From NCBI GenBank assembly GCA_011109175.1, contig RDEW01000018.1:417091-481090 (forward strand): 64,000 nucleotides of DNA, written 5' to 3'. Positions 24,931 to 38,469 of the stretch are shown here, piece after piece (the first letter of the stretch is position 1; every line of letters begins with the position of its first letter). A program made the position numbers and the translations under genes. This DNA comes from Dicyema japonicum (Eukaryota > Animalia > Dicyemida). Below the pieces are notes generated by a model that saw nothing but the letters and a program-made list of their open reading frames with translations, made no database searches and was not told the origin of the DNA.

Positions 24931-25706
24931 TCATTTAGAAAAAAGTGAGTTAAACTGACTATTATACGGTCGCTTTCTGTCATCTACCACATCATTGTCT
25001 ACACTAGGCATTGGGGTACCCTTCTTCTCAGCCAACAATTTTAAGACCCGCAGACTCTCCTCTCTCTCCCTCTTTAACCTAAAACGTGCACACCCACATA
25101 TACCTCTCACTACGCAGTCTATCGATCGTCTTACTTCCAGACGTAACACTCGACTCCTTCCTCTGAGTAGATTTGGGGGGAGAAGACCTTTTGATCTCAT
25201 TAATTGGGTCATGGTACTTCTTCCTCTTGCAATCCCTTTCTTCCTTTCTACCAGTAACTATAATGGACAACATGTCAATCTCAGTTTTCCTGATTCTGGG
25301 TCCTTCCAGGAACCAAGGCTCAGATAAGTCTGGATTATCCTGATTCAGTTGCCCCAAATAATTGAGGTACCCAATCTTCTTCTCGAATGCTTCTTGTTCT
25401 TCCTTTTTTTCCCGCTCAGTCTCCTCGTTTTTAGCATCCTGGGCAGCCAATCCTTTCTCTTCACGTTCGAAGAGGTTTATATGTTCACAGACCGGGTCTT
25501 CGGTCTCAAAGGTTTGGTTTGCTCGATTTCTAAGTAGTTTCATGCGGAAATCAGATTCGTTGTTATCCAATCGCTTCATTATCTCGAGTTCCCTTTCGCG
25601 GGCTTTGGCTTCGTCCTTTCTGACGATAGCAATGTTATGTTTATTTCGCACATGCCACCTAAACTTTTAAAATAGTTGTTTACTCTTTCTTTGGGTTAAT
25701 ATTCAT
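24931..25706 (-). CDS. LENG1: Leukocyte receptor cluster member 1 homologue (~241 aa)
   Basis: Spliced MNINPKKE|WHVRNKHNIAIVRKDEAKARE...LGYL...YHDPI...LRSER|LKRE...DDRKRPYNSQFN. Two 25-nt introns (25659-25683, 25079-25103) give an intact frame. Confidence 0.92.
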
Positions 25707-26104
25707 AACAGACAACAAACAACAATATTGAATTAATATATTAAATAAATATTTTATTAAATAAAATGTTTAATAAATAAATTTTATTAAAAAACCAAGT
25801 TTACAGCATAGTAAATAAATGATTGAAAATAAATCCATAAATGGTCCCTCATATTGGATTAAAAGTCAATCCGCTACTCACGGAAGAAACGATTCCTAAT
25901 CGCAGATCCTGATTTTTTCGGGATTGTGAGGACGATGGAAACTCACTTCGCCTGTCCATTTCCAAAGCAACAGAAAACGGATTGTCAAAAGAAACCCTTT
26001 CCATTGATTCTTCTGCAGGGATATAAGAGAAGAATCTTTTTTGAAGTGGAACAAAAAGCCACGAATGTTGGATGGCTCAATAGATTACTGGAAACTGTGA
26101 TCAC

Positions 26105-27713
26105 TAGGCGATTTTTGTCAATAAAGTCAAAAATTCATATGTTTTAAAATTGTTTAAAACTTATAAAAATGTTATTTTTAATCAAAAATATTATATTAGT
26201 CAAAGTTATAAAGTCAAAAAAGTTAAAATTTTTGTAATGTCAAAAAAATCAAAATTTAAATTTTTTAGGTCAATAAAGTCAAAATTTTATTGATTTTTAC
26301 GCGTTCAACCAAGAATGAAATTGAAAAGAATAAGTCTGTTGTTAGAATCCAATGAATTTTCTATCATTCACATGAAATCTCTTTTGTAATTTATGTGGGA
26401 CATTTTTAACTACAAAATCAATTTTTTTATCGAATCACATCGATCGTCTAGAAGCATATCAAATTAGCAGGTTTATTATTTTTATTACTATTTAACACAT
26501 GTCAATACTATAAAACTGATTTTCTCGTCCATCTTCCGCCACATGGGCAGATAAAGTCATAAGGGTTTTGTCGAATTCGATATCCCTTGCATAAGCTGAA
26601 CAGTAAAGCTTACGAGACTTGTATTGGAGATAATCTTCCTTCTACTTACGCTTGCCGAAAAAAGTGTAGAAAATTTATGCCAGAAGCAGCTTGACAGAAT
26701 TAGCCATTTTGAGGTTTTATTTGCATTTATAATATATCTGAATTTTTTTTGTTTTAATTGACGAAACTGATATCCGGGGACAGAAGTATGTCATTGCACT
26801 TATTAGTAGAATTTCTGATCCCAAGAAAATATTTTTAACGTCTTGTCCATTGTCTTCTGCGGCTAACTCGTCGATTGTCTGTCAGGGATTTTGCGATAGA
26901 TCGCGATAATTTTGTATTACTGATGTAGCCAGATACATGGTAGCTGGTATCGAAGGTTTTAATACACGATTTGCATCGTGCAACACGTGCTCTTCATCTT
27001 CTTCATAACTGTTGCATTAAAATAAGAAGATATTTTAAGGATGTGGATTTTTTAATTTCATTTAATTCATTGATAAATGTCAAACAAGACACGAAGAGAA
27101 AAATTTGCTGAAATTGGGTATTCACCTGAAGTTATTCTAACAAGATGGGGGAGTTGGATGGAAGCAGCTTTCCATTATTGCAAAAATTACACAGAAATAT
27201 AAAAAATAATTGAAAGTTTCGACGGAGAGGGGATTTTAGTCGAAAGATGTTTGCAAGCGGTTTGTCAACAGCGAACTACGTACATATTATGTGAAATAAT
27301 AGAGAAGGCTGAAGAAACCTATTTCACTATAGAGACGCTGTTGAAGACATTAAGAAATTGAATCGGGAAGTATCTAGAATGAAGATTATCTGTAAATCAA
27401 GTGCTTTCTATTTCAAAAATGGAGAACAACATTTTTCCACATGTATACAACTATCTTAAAAAGTATCCTTCCACATCTGTTGAGAGAAGTTTTTATTTAT
27501 TGGGAAAATTACTATCTAAAGACCGAAATTTTAAAACCCGAAAACGTTTCGAATTACATTATTCTGTATTTTAATAAAGATTTAGATTAGTTTTTATATT
27601 AAAAAAATTTTTTGTTGATAAATTTATCATAAAGTCAAAAAAGATTAAAATTTTGAAATTTTAAGGTCAAAAAAGTCAATTTTGTGTCAAAAATTCCGAT
27701 TTATAAAGTCCTA
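26105..27713 (+). mobile_element. Degenerate hAT transposon with CGGBP1-like transposase
   Basis: Fragments LFCNLCG, DIPLHKLN, LIDETD, AHLLHNC-like and TSVERSF.LLGKLLSKDRNF. TAGG termini and clustered AAAGTCAAAA subterminal repeats at both ends. No TSD recognised. Confidence 0.72.
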
Positions 27714-27734
27714 ATTGCAGATCTAATGAGATTA

Positions 27735-28035
27735 GCGCCTCAGAACTGCTGGTTCTTATTATTATCGCCCAGGACCACTTGGTTAATATAGAAAGGATAT
27801 CAAGCAATTCCATACAGACAATGTGAACGTCGAAAACGCCGTGGACGGGAATTTTGAACTTCTCTTCATATCGAGCTCGTGGTCATTTCGTATTTACGGT
27901 GATTTTCGAGGTATTTGACAAAAATCTCGTTAAGGGATTTGCTCAGTATGTTGTCCATCTTCACAAATTTTCGTTCTTGTTTAAGTAGAAATGCTTCACA
28001 TAGTCCGACGATTTTGTCAGCCGCTTCCTGGTTTT
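27735..28035 (-). mobile_element. Internally deleted RTE relic
   Basis: QEAADKIV...KMDNIL resembles the RT segment at ~30.65 kb. The segment ends in a GATAATAATAAG tail. Confidence 0.4.
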
Positions 28036-28051
28036 TGGTCAATTATAAAAT

Positions 28052-28391
28052 GTGTAGACACGTTTTCAAACACAAATATTTTCAAATCGGTTCAGATACC
28101 TAAAGCAGCTGCTTCTACCTCGGAGAACCCAAAAATCAAGAAATATTCTTCCTCGGGGACCGCTACCGATTTACTCTTGTTGAGACCGAATCATTGGGAG
28201 CCGTTGGTCCAATGACGGCTGAGTTCTTGCGAGAACTCGGAGGAATGCTTGCCAGAAAGAAAAGAAATCAAAGTGAAGGGTTATGGCTGAGAAAAAAGAT
28301 TGGAATGGCCATACTCCGAGGGAACTTGTTCGCAATCCACGCAGCCGGCTTCCTCAGCTAGCATTTGTTTCTTTGGTAAAAAATTACTTTA
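28052..28391 (+). mobile_element. CRE-clade retrotransposon 3' fragment
   Basis: CVDTFS...KKYS...VETESLG...WLRKKIGMAILRGN. Flanked by an 11-bp TSD AATTATAAAAT (28041-28051 / 28392-28402). Confidence 0.87.
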
Positions 28392-29045
28392 AATTATAAA
28401 AATACAAAATTTAGATTCATCTTAGGAGGTGGAAATATCGCGAACCGATTTTACACGAATCTTCTGGAATTTTCAAATATTAGCTCCAATCGTCTATTGA
28501 TCGGGGAGGGCTTTCCAGCAGCTCGTTTTTCTTTAGGTAACGAATCCGGATATTCTTGAAAAAGGCTTTATCCACTTTCCTTTTCTAGCGATGCTACTAA
28601 CAAGTGAGCAAAATACTATCCTCCTTACAATTACATTTTTTGTACAATACAGGAGACCTTCCTCCTGACATTAGGCTCACAACTTTAGACAAAAATCTAA
28701 TTGACAATACAGGGGATCTCTCTCCTCGACGTCATGTTCCCTAATACATTGACCTAACAGTCAGCTACTGTTGATTCGGCTGAGTACGAACCTAGCAAGC
28801 AAACTTAAAGAAAATCAGAGCCTTTCATTTCTCAGTAATCTTAAGAAGTTTTCGTCCCCTTTTATAGACCCTATCGGCAGAGCCTAGTAAGAAGTTAAAC
28901 GTCTTCCAGTAACACGAGGCTACAAAAATTGCGTATAATCCCTCGAGGAACCATGCGAAGACGAGGTAGCTGCTGAGACTGGAACTAATGGCCACTTGAT
29001 TTAAATAAACAAATAATGAGACACCACATGCCTTGTTATTTTAAA

Positions 29046-30067
29046 TCAATGTTTATTAAAAATACTTTTATACATTTTATAAACCTTGGATAGCGAATAT
29101 CTAACAGATTTTGTTAGTCCAGCAGTGATAATTCCTTTAAAAGCCTGCGACAAACTAGCCTTCGACACAATTGCTTTGATTGAACTGATAATAACATCCT
29201 TTGAAGGATTGTGAGCCAATATCATTAGAATTTCCTCAATGTCAGGGTTCTTCTGGTCCTTGTTCATTTTATGCCACAACTGGAGTTGGAGATTCTTTGG
29301 GAGATGATTTAGATGATGGAGTCTTGATGAATATACTAGTTGCTGTTCGAAAATACCATCCTTTTGGTGCCAGTAAAGGTGCCCCCCAAATCCCTCAATG
29401 TGGGGACCGTATAGATTCCTAAAGTGACTCAGATTCTCACGCACAATGTTCCCAATCTTGCCTTTGTCCTCTCCAAACTAAGGGTCACACAAAAACCTAC
29501 TAAAAGTCTAAAGTCACCACTGTAGGACAGCCACACTATGGTTCTGAACAGCTCCTCCTCCGTGAATGTCTCCGGTAGTAGAAGTAAGGCCACGTGAAGA
29601 GCCGAAGCCAGATTTCCTCGTAAAGCATCTCCTAGTTCATCAGAAATCCCATTTTTTAATGACAAAACAGGTTTCTGGAGTCTATATCAAATTAAGAGAC
29701 TCTACCTTCCACTGGCATACAAAAAGTCCCAGTCGTACAAGTCGGATATAAAATCCCCCGTAGTAATAACGCCGTATTTAAACAATCTACCGTTGTAACT
29801 GATCAGTGTGTTGTAGAACATCCTGGCACCAAAATTACACTGCAAATTTGCAAGACGACTGGGTCCGGCAAGGCGACACGCTGAATAGTGCTTACGGTTG
29901 ATTAATGTGTTTTCTGCATGAAATAAAGTTGCATCGTCAACGATCAAAATAAGGTCAATCACTTTGTGGGTGTTCATTTCGGAAAGAACAGAGGATCCAT
30001 AGGCAAATGCAGAATTGACTGACTTTGGTAAAGTGGACAAAAATTCACAGCAACGCTCAATTAACAT
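29046..30067 (-). CDS. TAM41: Mitochondrial phosphatidate cytidylyltransferase (~324 aa)
   Basis: AFAYGS, IDLILIVD, YYNT-like FYNT, KYGV, DWDFLYASGR|LQKPV, LSYSGDFR, FGED and GIITAGLTKSVRYSLSK. Two introns (29682-29705, 24 nt; 29478-29500, 23 nt) give an intact frame. Confidence 0.96.
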
Positions 30068-30133
30068 TATTTAAATTTAATATTTAATATATAATGAAAT
30101 TCATTTTAATTTTAAAAATTCAAGTAAACATTT

Positions 30134-31384
30134 TCTTGCATCTGTTGCTTTGGACCGCTTAAAACATCCTGCAGGAAATTACCTATCAGCATGCCATAGT
30201 GGATTTCGTGAAGGAAGGTCGACAGCGGACATTCTGTGGAGCCACAGGTGGCGGTGTGCAACGGCTCAAAGATACAAAAATGCCACGACCATCCTGGGGA
30301 TCGATATGTCAAGAGCTTTCGACACCATTAGCCGACACAAGCTAATGGTTGTCCTTCATCAATTTGTGGACCAATCATTGCTACGGATAATCAGAGTACT
30401 TCTCTCAAGTACTGAACTGTCAGTCCGAATTGGGAGAACTCTATCCCGACCATTCAAAACTACAATCGGCACTCCTCAGGGAGACTCCCTCTCCCCTTAC
30501 TATTTGTGATATATCTCGAAGCTGCACTAAAGGATCTAAGAACTTGCTATGAAGGAAAAATAAACGAAGTCGTATACGCGGATGATGTGGATTTTATATC
30601 CGAGGATACAGAAGCTCTCACACATCTGCTGGAAAATGCACCGGACAAACTGGGGGAATGGTTCCTCATCGTTAACCGGGCCAAAACGGAAATCACGGAA
30701 ATCAAAAGAATGGACAACATCCTTAATGAACGTTGGCGACATGTTAATAAGCTTGGATCCCTACTGGGGGACACAGAAGACATCATCAAAAGGAAAACAC
30801 TTGCAGGAGTAGCAATGCGAAAACTCAAAAAGGGATGGCTGAAAGGACTAGATGTCAATCTGCGGATACGCATGTACAATGCATTTGTGAAACCGATACT
30901 GACATACAATGCTGGTACTTGGGCCTGTACAGGTGCGGAATCAATGGCTCTCGATGGGTTCCACAGAAAACAGCTTAGAGTATTATTTGGCATGCAGTGG
31001 CCGGCCAGAATCTCGAATACCGGTATTTACAAAAAATGCAAGAGTAGGCCTCTAAGCCTGGAAATCACTGACGCCCGGTGGAGACTGTTTGGTCACGTAC
31101 TACGCATGGATCTTGCTGCCCCGGCTAATGTGGCGATGGAGGACCATTTCATGTTCGAGGGCAAATGCTTCCGTGGCAGACCAAGGATGACCCTACCTAT
31201 CATGCTGCACAAAGACCTCCAAAGGATGAAGAAATGCCTAAAGACGGGAGACGATCTGGACATGCTGAGATCGACTGCGTGTAACCGTGGAGGATGGAAG
31301 AGGCTAACTAATAACATTGTTTCTTGTATTGCACATGCTTTGCTATAACTATTATGGCAAGGCGATAAGTGCTGTAATAATAAT
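30134..31384 (+). mobile_element. 5'-truncated RTE LINE, young insertion
   Basis: RT motifs LGIDMSRAFD, GTPQGDSLSP and YADDVDF, with one frameshift near 30505. It has a (TAA)n tail and a 12-bp TSD AAGTAAACATTT (30122-30133 / 31385-31396). Confidence 0.95.
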
Positions 31385-31893
31385 AAGTAAACATTTGAAA
31401 TAACCTCGTGGTAGATCAAAATATCAATTTCTTTTAAACCAGAGACGTGTCCCGTATTTAATAAGCTCGACCAATATCTAAAACCTCCCCTGGTAGTCTT
31501 TAACCTCGAATAAACTATTTCTTACATGTGAGCCTGTATTGTCATTCACAACATTAAATAAGGTAGTTGAATATCTGCAGAAGAAAAGGCTTCACCATGC
31601 TACTTTTGTTAACATAAAAAAAATATACTTTGTTAAGATAAATTTTGTAAAACAGCTTCGGGTATGTCAGAGTTGAATAGGTCTATAGTAAATCAAAAAA
31701 TACAGCAAACAGTACGACATCCAAATATGACTCACACCACGCGGAGTATTTGAGGGTTCGCATTTGACCAAGTCTTTCGTCATAAAATCCATTAAAATTT
31801 AATTTTTCTTATATATTATTTAATTTTTTGTATAAAAGTCATTAATATTTTTTTAAAATTAACTTAATTATAAATTCAAAATTTTGTTAGAAA

Positions 31894-34241
31894 ATGGAAA
31901 TACCCTCATTATATGAGCATTGCCTTGTTCATATTCGAACAGACTGTGATGTAAAAAAATATCAAGAATTAAACGAAAAAACTAATATAATGATGTGTAA
32001 AAGAATATTTAAGGAAAGGATATATCCGACAGATCCAAATGAAATTGAAGTTCTATCAGATACACACAAAATTTCAGATGTAGTACAGAAAAATGTTTTT
32101 TTTGTTGAATTTACGGATGACATTGACGTTATGGGTGTTGTAAAGATGATTCAAGTTTATCCGAATTTATCGAATATTAAATTATTCGAAATTACTTCAT
32201 CACAAAAGAATCCTTTACTACCATTCTCACCCAATAATGTCCAATCATTCTCACTTCTGAGATATAATGACCCAGATTTGCTACATTCCCTATTTATGAC
32301 TGGATTTAACAAAATAACTTCCCTTGAACTTGGCTATATATATAATAGTGGAAAAATATTTAAAAACAGCACAATTAAAATAATGGATAAACTGGAAAAC
32401 ATATACTTTATGAACGTTCTAGTTAAAGACTTTGAAGAATTTGCTGCTAACTTAAACCGTCCAGAGTCTCTATGGTTTAATTTATATCAAATTCAGTTAT
32501 TTTACGCACATAAATAATTTTTATGTTTGTGAAACAAATATGAACATTTTTAAAATCAATTGTATTCCTCTTCTGGAAAAAACCAAAAACCTTATTTATC
32601 TGAATTTATCGGGGTATATTGTAGATGTGGAGAGATTAACAAAGTTGTCGTTTCTAATGATCATAGTATAGTGGCCAAAATTGGATTGAAAAAAAATAAT
32701 TTTGACCAACTTATAAGTTTCAGTGTGGATATAAATGAATTGGTATTTTTGATGATATAATATAGGATGATAAAGAATCATTTATAAACAACTTTGTCAG
32801 ACTTCTCTTTGATATAGAAGCTGAACAAGAAGACTTTAATGTGATTTGCAATGGAAATAACAAATATCGAAATAAATTATTAAGTCAATTTTTGAAAGTA
32901 TTTTTTAAAACATTAGTTCAGTTTTTGGATCAGACATATGATAAAAATAGTCAATTTGCAGAATATATCATGTAAGCGAATCGTATTATTCCAGACCAAT
33001 TCTAAATACTATTACCAAAAACTATCAAATATCATACTTTAATCGCTGGTATGCGTTGATCCTATTTTTAGTATGATTTATGATGTTGTTCTTAAAATTG
33101 TTAAATATACCCAAATTGTTGGAATAGAATTTGTACTATAATTTTAAACTTTTAGAAAATTTCTGATATTTTAAAGTTATTACACTTTTTGAAACCATGG
33201 GAGACATCAATTGTCGTTTGCAAATTTTTCATTTTAGTTGCCCACGTTTTCATTCCTGATTAAAGTATTGTTCTTGTTGGGAAGACGACAATAGTGATGA
33301 TAAAGATTGTTGTCAATCTATTATGAAAAGTATGAACATAGGACTTCTTAGCTATCTTGGCTATTCCGGACTCGTCAAAGTTTGAAATTAATAACAGGAT
33401 AATTTTAGTACTGCTTCGAACGTCTTAAAGCATGCAACGACTTTGGTTATGCCATATTCAATGTGTTGAGATATCTTCTAGGTATTTGAAATATATTTAT
33501 TTAGACGAAAATGAAAAAAATATGGATTTGTTTCTTGAATTGGATGGAATTTCTAAAATTCACGATTATTTTAGAAGTTTTCTATTAAACAAGAATAAAA
33601 ACTGTTATACTGCAATTCAAATCATTACAGTCGTAGAAACTCTAGCTAAATTTCCAAAAGCAAGAGGTTTACTTGTTTCGTGTGGAATAATAGAAGATTT
33701 ATTGTAAAGTCGGTGTTTCATTAAAAGGAATCCTTATTACGATCAACTTGATTTCAATGCGCACTATTTTATCTACAGTTGCATGTGTATGATATTGGGG
33801 GATCCAAATATTATTTTTCCAACATTTTTAAATTTGAATATCGGTGATTTGAGTCCAAAGGAATTCATTCTAAATAAAATTTGTCAATTTATAAAAGAAA
33901 ATCCGTATGAAGCAGATTGCGATATCCATAGTAGGTAATTTTATTTTCTATGTCGAAGGTCAATGATACCAACAATAAATTATTAAATGTGAACACGGAT
34001 GAGCGACTTTTGCTTTGGGTTGTGTGGGAATTTGCTAATTTAACCACTAAATATTGTTAATTTTTATTTTTAAAATAGCAAATGTATTTATGGAGGTGTT
34101 GATTCCGCATAACATTATTGAGAAAATTGAGAATATATGTTGTCAATCCAATATGGAAGAGATCCATTCCTACGCTGCGATTTTTAGAACAAACTACAAT
34201 GTTGTTATTTTTGATTTTAGGATTACATTCATCGTCACTAA
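31894..34241 (+). CDS. ZYG11/ZER1-like protein, paralogue 1 (BC-box-like start, LRR region, ARM-like C-terminus)
   Basis: The N-terminal PSLYEHCL resembles the ZYG11-family BC-box. It has LRR-type segments (L.FLDISG / L.YLNLSG) and a C-terminal LWVVWEFANLT resembling the ZER1/ZYG11 WAxWAxxNL block. About 11 micro-introns are shared with the other two copies. There are two 1-nt frame problems (~33130, ~33980). Confidence 0.68.
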
Positions 34242-34559
34242 TTAAGTATTCAAGTTAACTAATTTCTTTATTAATAAATTATTAACAATATGTATTCATT
34301 TCTTAGTCGCTATTACAGAGGCTTGCAACTCATTATTTACTGCTAGACTGATTTTTTTCTTAAAAATCAAAATATATTTTTAACAATAATCATATTTTCT
34401 GTAAACATAATGACAGTAAAAATTCATTTATAGCCATCAATGAATCATTATTTAACATGTAATAGGTCTTCCTGAATCGTTCATAGGTTTTTGGGCAATC
34501 ACGTGGTATTTAGAATCGGAAATCTATTATATAAATTAATTTTCTACTTTAAGTGATTA

Positions 34560-35150
34560 AAAAACTTGCAAATTGTGTACTCTTGAACAAGGATGATATA
34601 ATCGTCGTAGTCAAAGACCAGTGCATTCATACGCTGTTTACCGGATAAGCTTCATTGGACGATCTGAACTGTTGGCTCGTTACGAACATTCTACATACAA
34701 GTCACGAAAACCGAGTGGCTTTTCCAAAGGATATCCCTGGCAGTAGTCAGAGGTAACAGCCACTCGATCATATCCGCTGGACTCAGTAATTAACTAGTCA
34801 CGAAAAGTGTTATACAACAATTTTCACAAAACAGAAGATTGACAAACTCCGCTCAATGTGTAACCATAAATGGAAACTCAATCTCTACGACCAACTCAAT
34901 CAAGATACTAGGCGTAGTTTACGACCCACTCTTGACCTTCAGCAAACACATCGACAACGTCATCTCTTCGGCACAACTAAAGCTAAATTTTGTTAAAACA
35001 CTCCTTGGACAATATAATTGGTGTTTCAACTCAAATTTAGACTCGCTCTACATGCAGTATATTCAACCGTCTCTAACTTACGGGTGTGCTGCATGGGGAA
35101 CCAACCTATCAAACAGGAATGTAGAAAAAATCAATACCTTTTAAAAAATG
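34560..35150 (+). mobile_element. Ingi/Vingi-like LINE RT C-terminal fragment
   Basis: DDIIVV..., IKILGVVYDPLLTFSKHID and YIQPSLTYGCAAWG. Interrupted by a mini CRE insertion. Confidence 0.75.
34711..34795 (+). mobile_element. 85-bp CRE 3'-end insertion
   Basis: WLFQRISLAVVRGNSHSIISAGLSN*. Flanked by an 11-bp TSD AGTCACGAAAA (34700-34710 / 34796-34806). Confidence 0.85.
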
Positions 35151-35704
35151 GCCAGTAAGGCTTTGTAAAAGTTTTCTTGGACACCTCTAAACCCTACACA
35201 TTTTGAGAAATTAGTGAGAAAAACCGGAGCCTTACTACTTTCCAAAAAAAGTTAGAAACTCCCGCCCAATCCGGAACCCGAAAGAACACCAAGCAATCAT
35301 CTGACGGCTATGTAGTTATTTAATTTGTCGGTGATTTTTGGTTTTTAATAATAATAATAATTCTTTCAATAATTTTCCGCTTTATTGAAAAATAGGAGTG
35401 CAAACATTCTTGCTGCAGTTTATGAATCCCTGAATTCCACTTTCTATGGATAGACTCGGAAATAGTTCGCATTTCAGACTTGCTATCTATACAAATAACT
35501 AGTCTGTGCTATTCAAAATTTTCGTCTTTGATGTATAATCGACCTTCAATGACAATAAATTTCTTGGAATTTTTTATTAATTTGGATTTTGCTTGTCTTG
35601 TAGATGTTTGTACAGGCTCACCATTTAGAATGCTCACTATAGTTTGATATTATATAATATTATTGACAGAGCTTATTATTATCATATAAATAGATAAACA
35701 TTTT

Positions 35705-35965
35705 ATAGAGCACATGTCGCTAACAAAGCGATGGAAGATTACTTTGACAGTTGCGAAAAACCCTTCCGCGGACGACCTAGATCGACACTTCCGACAGCCT
35801 TAAACAAAGACTTAAATCGTGTGAGAAAAAATCTAAAGACGGGGGACGACCTGGACAAATTGAGATCACTCACATTCGACAGAGGAAGCTGGAAAAGACT
35901 AACTATAAATATTGTTTCTTTGAGTGTTGCACATGCTATAACATTATGGCTTTCGTCCCATAATA
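35705..35965 (+). mobile_element. RTE LINE 3' fragment (same subfamily as 30134-31384)
   Basis: AMEDYF...FRGRPRSTLPTALNKDL...LKTGDDLDKLRS, followed by a GCACATGCT...ATTATGGC 3' UTR. Confidence 0.85.
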
Positions 35966-36379
35966 ATGTTGAATATGTTTGAATAATGGCAAAATATATT
36001 ATGTATTTCCGACATGAGTAAAAATGAAAAGTGATAGACAGGTGACATGTAACCACCACGGAACGCTACAGATGTCACAGGCGCTACGCGTTACATAATG
36101 CTCAAATTTACAATTTCAAGCATTTTTTATTAAACTTTACACATGTTTTTCTCATTTATTATATTTAAATTAAAAAATTCTAATTTAAAAATTTTTGGAA
36201 GGCGCAACAGTTTTTAAATTTTAAATAGCATAATACAGGCGTGTTTTATAAACTTAAGCTGATGGGTCCATCCTTCTTTAAAACAACCAAAGAATAAATT
36301 AATATAATGAAAATAATGGAAGAGAAGGGGATCGTCGATCTAATGACAAGACAAAAAATACCGATTTACTCAAAAGTCA

Positions 36380-38455
36380 AAGAATTTTTTATCTATCAAT
36401 CGGAGGTTATACCTTAAAGACACAAATGGAAACCACAAAATTGTCATTTTCTCTAATAATTAGTGGCCTCGCAAATTCATCAACTGACCTATTGTGGACA
36501 AAACACATTGGAACAATAATGTCTATATACCCCTCAAAAGTTGTACTTACTTCGTATATCCCCAACATATCCAGACAGTGATGACTAAAGGATCTGCTAC
36601 TATGCAAAGACTTAAATGCCAAACATCCGCTCTGGCTCTGGACATATCAGTTGACTTTCGCGGAGATTACATCCTATCTATACCCGACGAACTAACTATT
36701 CTCAATTATCAGGATTCCCATACAATGACCCCATTCCGAAGATAGGACAGTACAACTTCCCTGGACATATGATTATGCACCTCCTTCCTTGCTGGATATC
36801 TTTTTATAGAATTTTCGTTATGGTTTAACATGTCGCTACCATAACCCAATTTTGTTGAAACTCAAAAGATCTATTTATCTGCTAAAATGTTCTACTGAGG
36901 TCATTTTCAATGCCGACAAGAAATACATTCCAAGAGGACTCATTGCAGACTACAATTCAAATTTCACTAAGGAAATTATCGAAAAGATTCATACAAGACG
37001 TCGACTCAAAAAATCAAAAATTTATACGGCCGAACTATCCAATCTTAATAGCGAAATTACAGAATTAATCAACAAGAGGAAATTGGACCGTTGGAACAAT
37101 TTCATCACAAAAATTAACCACCGAACAAAACTAAAGGATTTTTGGAGTACTTTACGTGGAATTCAGTCGAAACAAAATAGAATGGAGACAACCCACGCCA
37201 CCAGTATTGACAAGAATCAAACACCACGTGATTTCACTTATTAGGCAGATGTCATAATGGACCACTACGCAAAAGTGAGTCACATTGATATGAACAAATG
37301 CTCTCGTCCATGCAAATTGAAAAACGTTCAAACTCCTCAAGAAAAACCGATTGAAATCAGTGCGTCAGATGTCGAAAAACTCATCAAAAACGCCAAAAAC
37401 TCTTCTGCCAAAGGGCTTGATGGAATCTGCATTTAAAGCACCTGGGAACGAAAGGACTCAAAGCAATAACAGACTTAATTTCTGTGTCCATCAACACATG
37501 CAAAATTCCTGCACTATGGAAAAAATCCAAAATAATCCCAATCCTGAAGCTCAAGAAAGATCTTTCGGATCCGTGATCTTTCAGATCAATTTCACTACAA
37601 TCTGTAGTATCGAAAATTGTTGAACGTGTTGTACTGAAACTAATATCGAAGTATTTTCCCATCCCTGATTTTCAACATGGCTTTCGTCCACAATACTCAA
37701 CATTAACACATCTCTCTACCCTAACTCAATATATCGCTGATGGTTTTAACAATTATAATCCTCCCAGACGGACTATCCTCGCATCGATCGACCTAACCAA
37801 GGCGTTCGATCGAACATCAAGGCGCGTGCTAAGTAACAAAATTCTTGTATCTGGAATTCCTCTACGTCTACAGAATTGGTTAACAATTTTCCTCTCTGGA
37901 AGAATTGGTCGAGCTGAAATTATGTCATGTCTATCTCATTACAGACTTCTTCCAAGACTTCGTTTTATCACCCACCTTATTCAACTTACACCTAAGCGAC
38001 ATTGTATGAGGATGACATGATTGTTGCCTCTAAAGACATAGACGTTAACGAAGCAACGAAAAATGTTCAGATCCACTTGAATACTCTTGAAGAGTGGCTT
38101 AAAGCAAACCACCTATCCCTCTCTCCATCGAAATCCACCGTCACTGTATTCACGTCCAACCGCCGCCAACTAAATTTTCAACCAATTTTAACAATTCATG
38201 GACAACCACTCACCGTTACGAAACATCCCAAAATACTTGGAGTTATTTATGACCAACTACTAACTTTCTCTAAACATGTGGAGGAACAATGTACAAAGGC
38301 CTCTCACAAGATCAACATACTTAAAGCTGTGTCAGGTCATTCCTTTGGCCAAAGCAAAGAAGCCCTAACCATCATAAACAATTCATTCGAACAACTATTA
38401 ACTATGCAAGCCCTTGCTGGTCAACCTCTGCACCCTGATGGCTGCGCGGGTATCA
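36380..38455 (+). mobile_element. Degenerate Ingi/Vingi-like LINE (APE remnant + RT)
   Basis: NVYIP (APE), QHGFRP, GFNNYNPPRRTILASIDLTKAFD, YEDD and PKILGVIYD. No RNase H seen. Confidence 0.82.
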
Positions 38456-38469
38456 CCTTCGATTAACTT

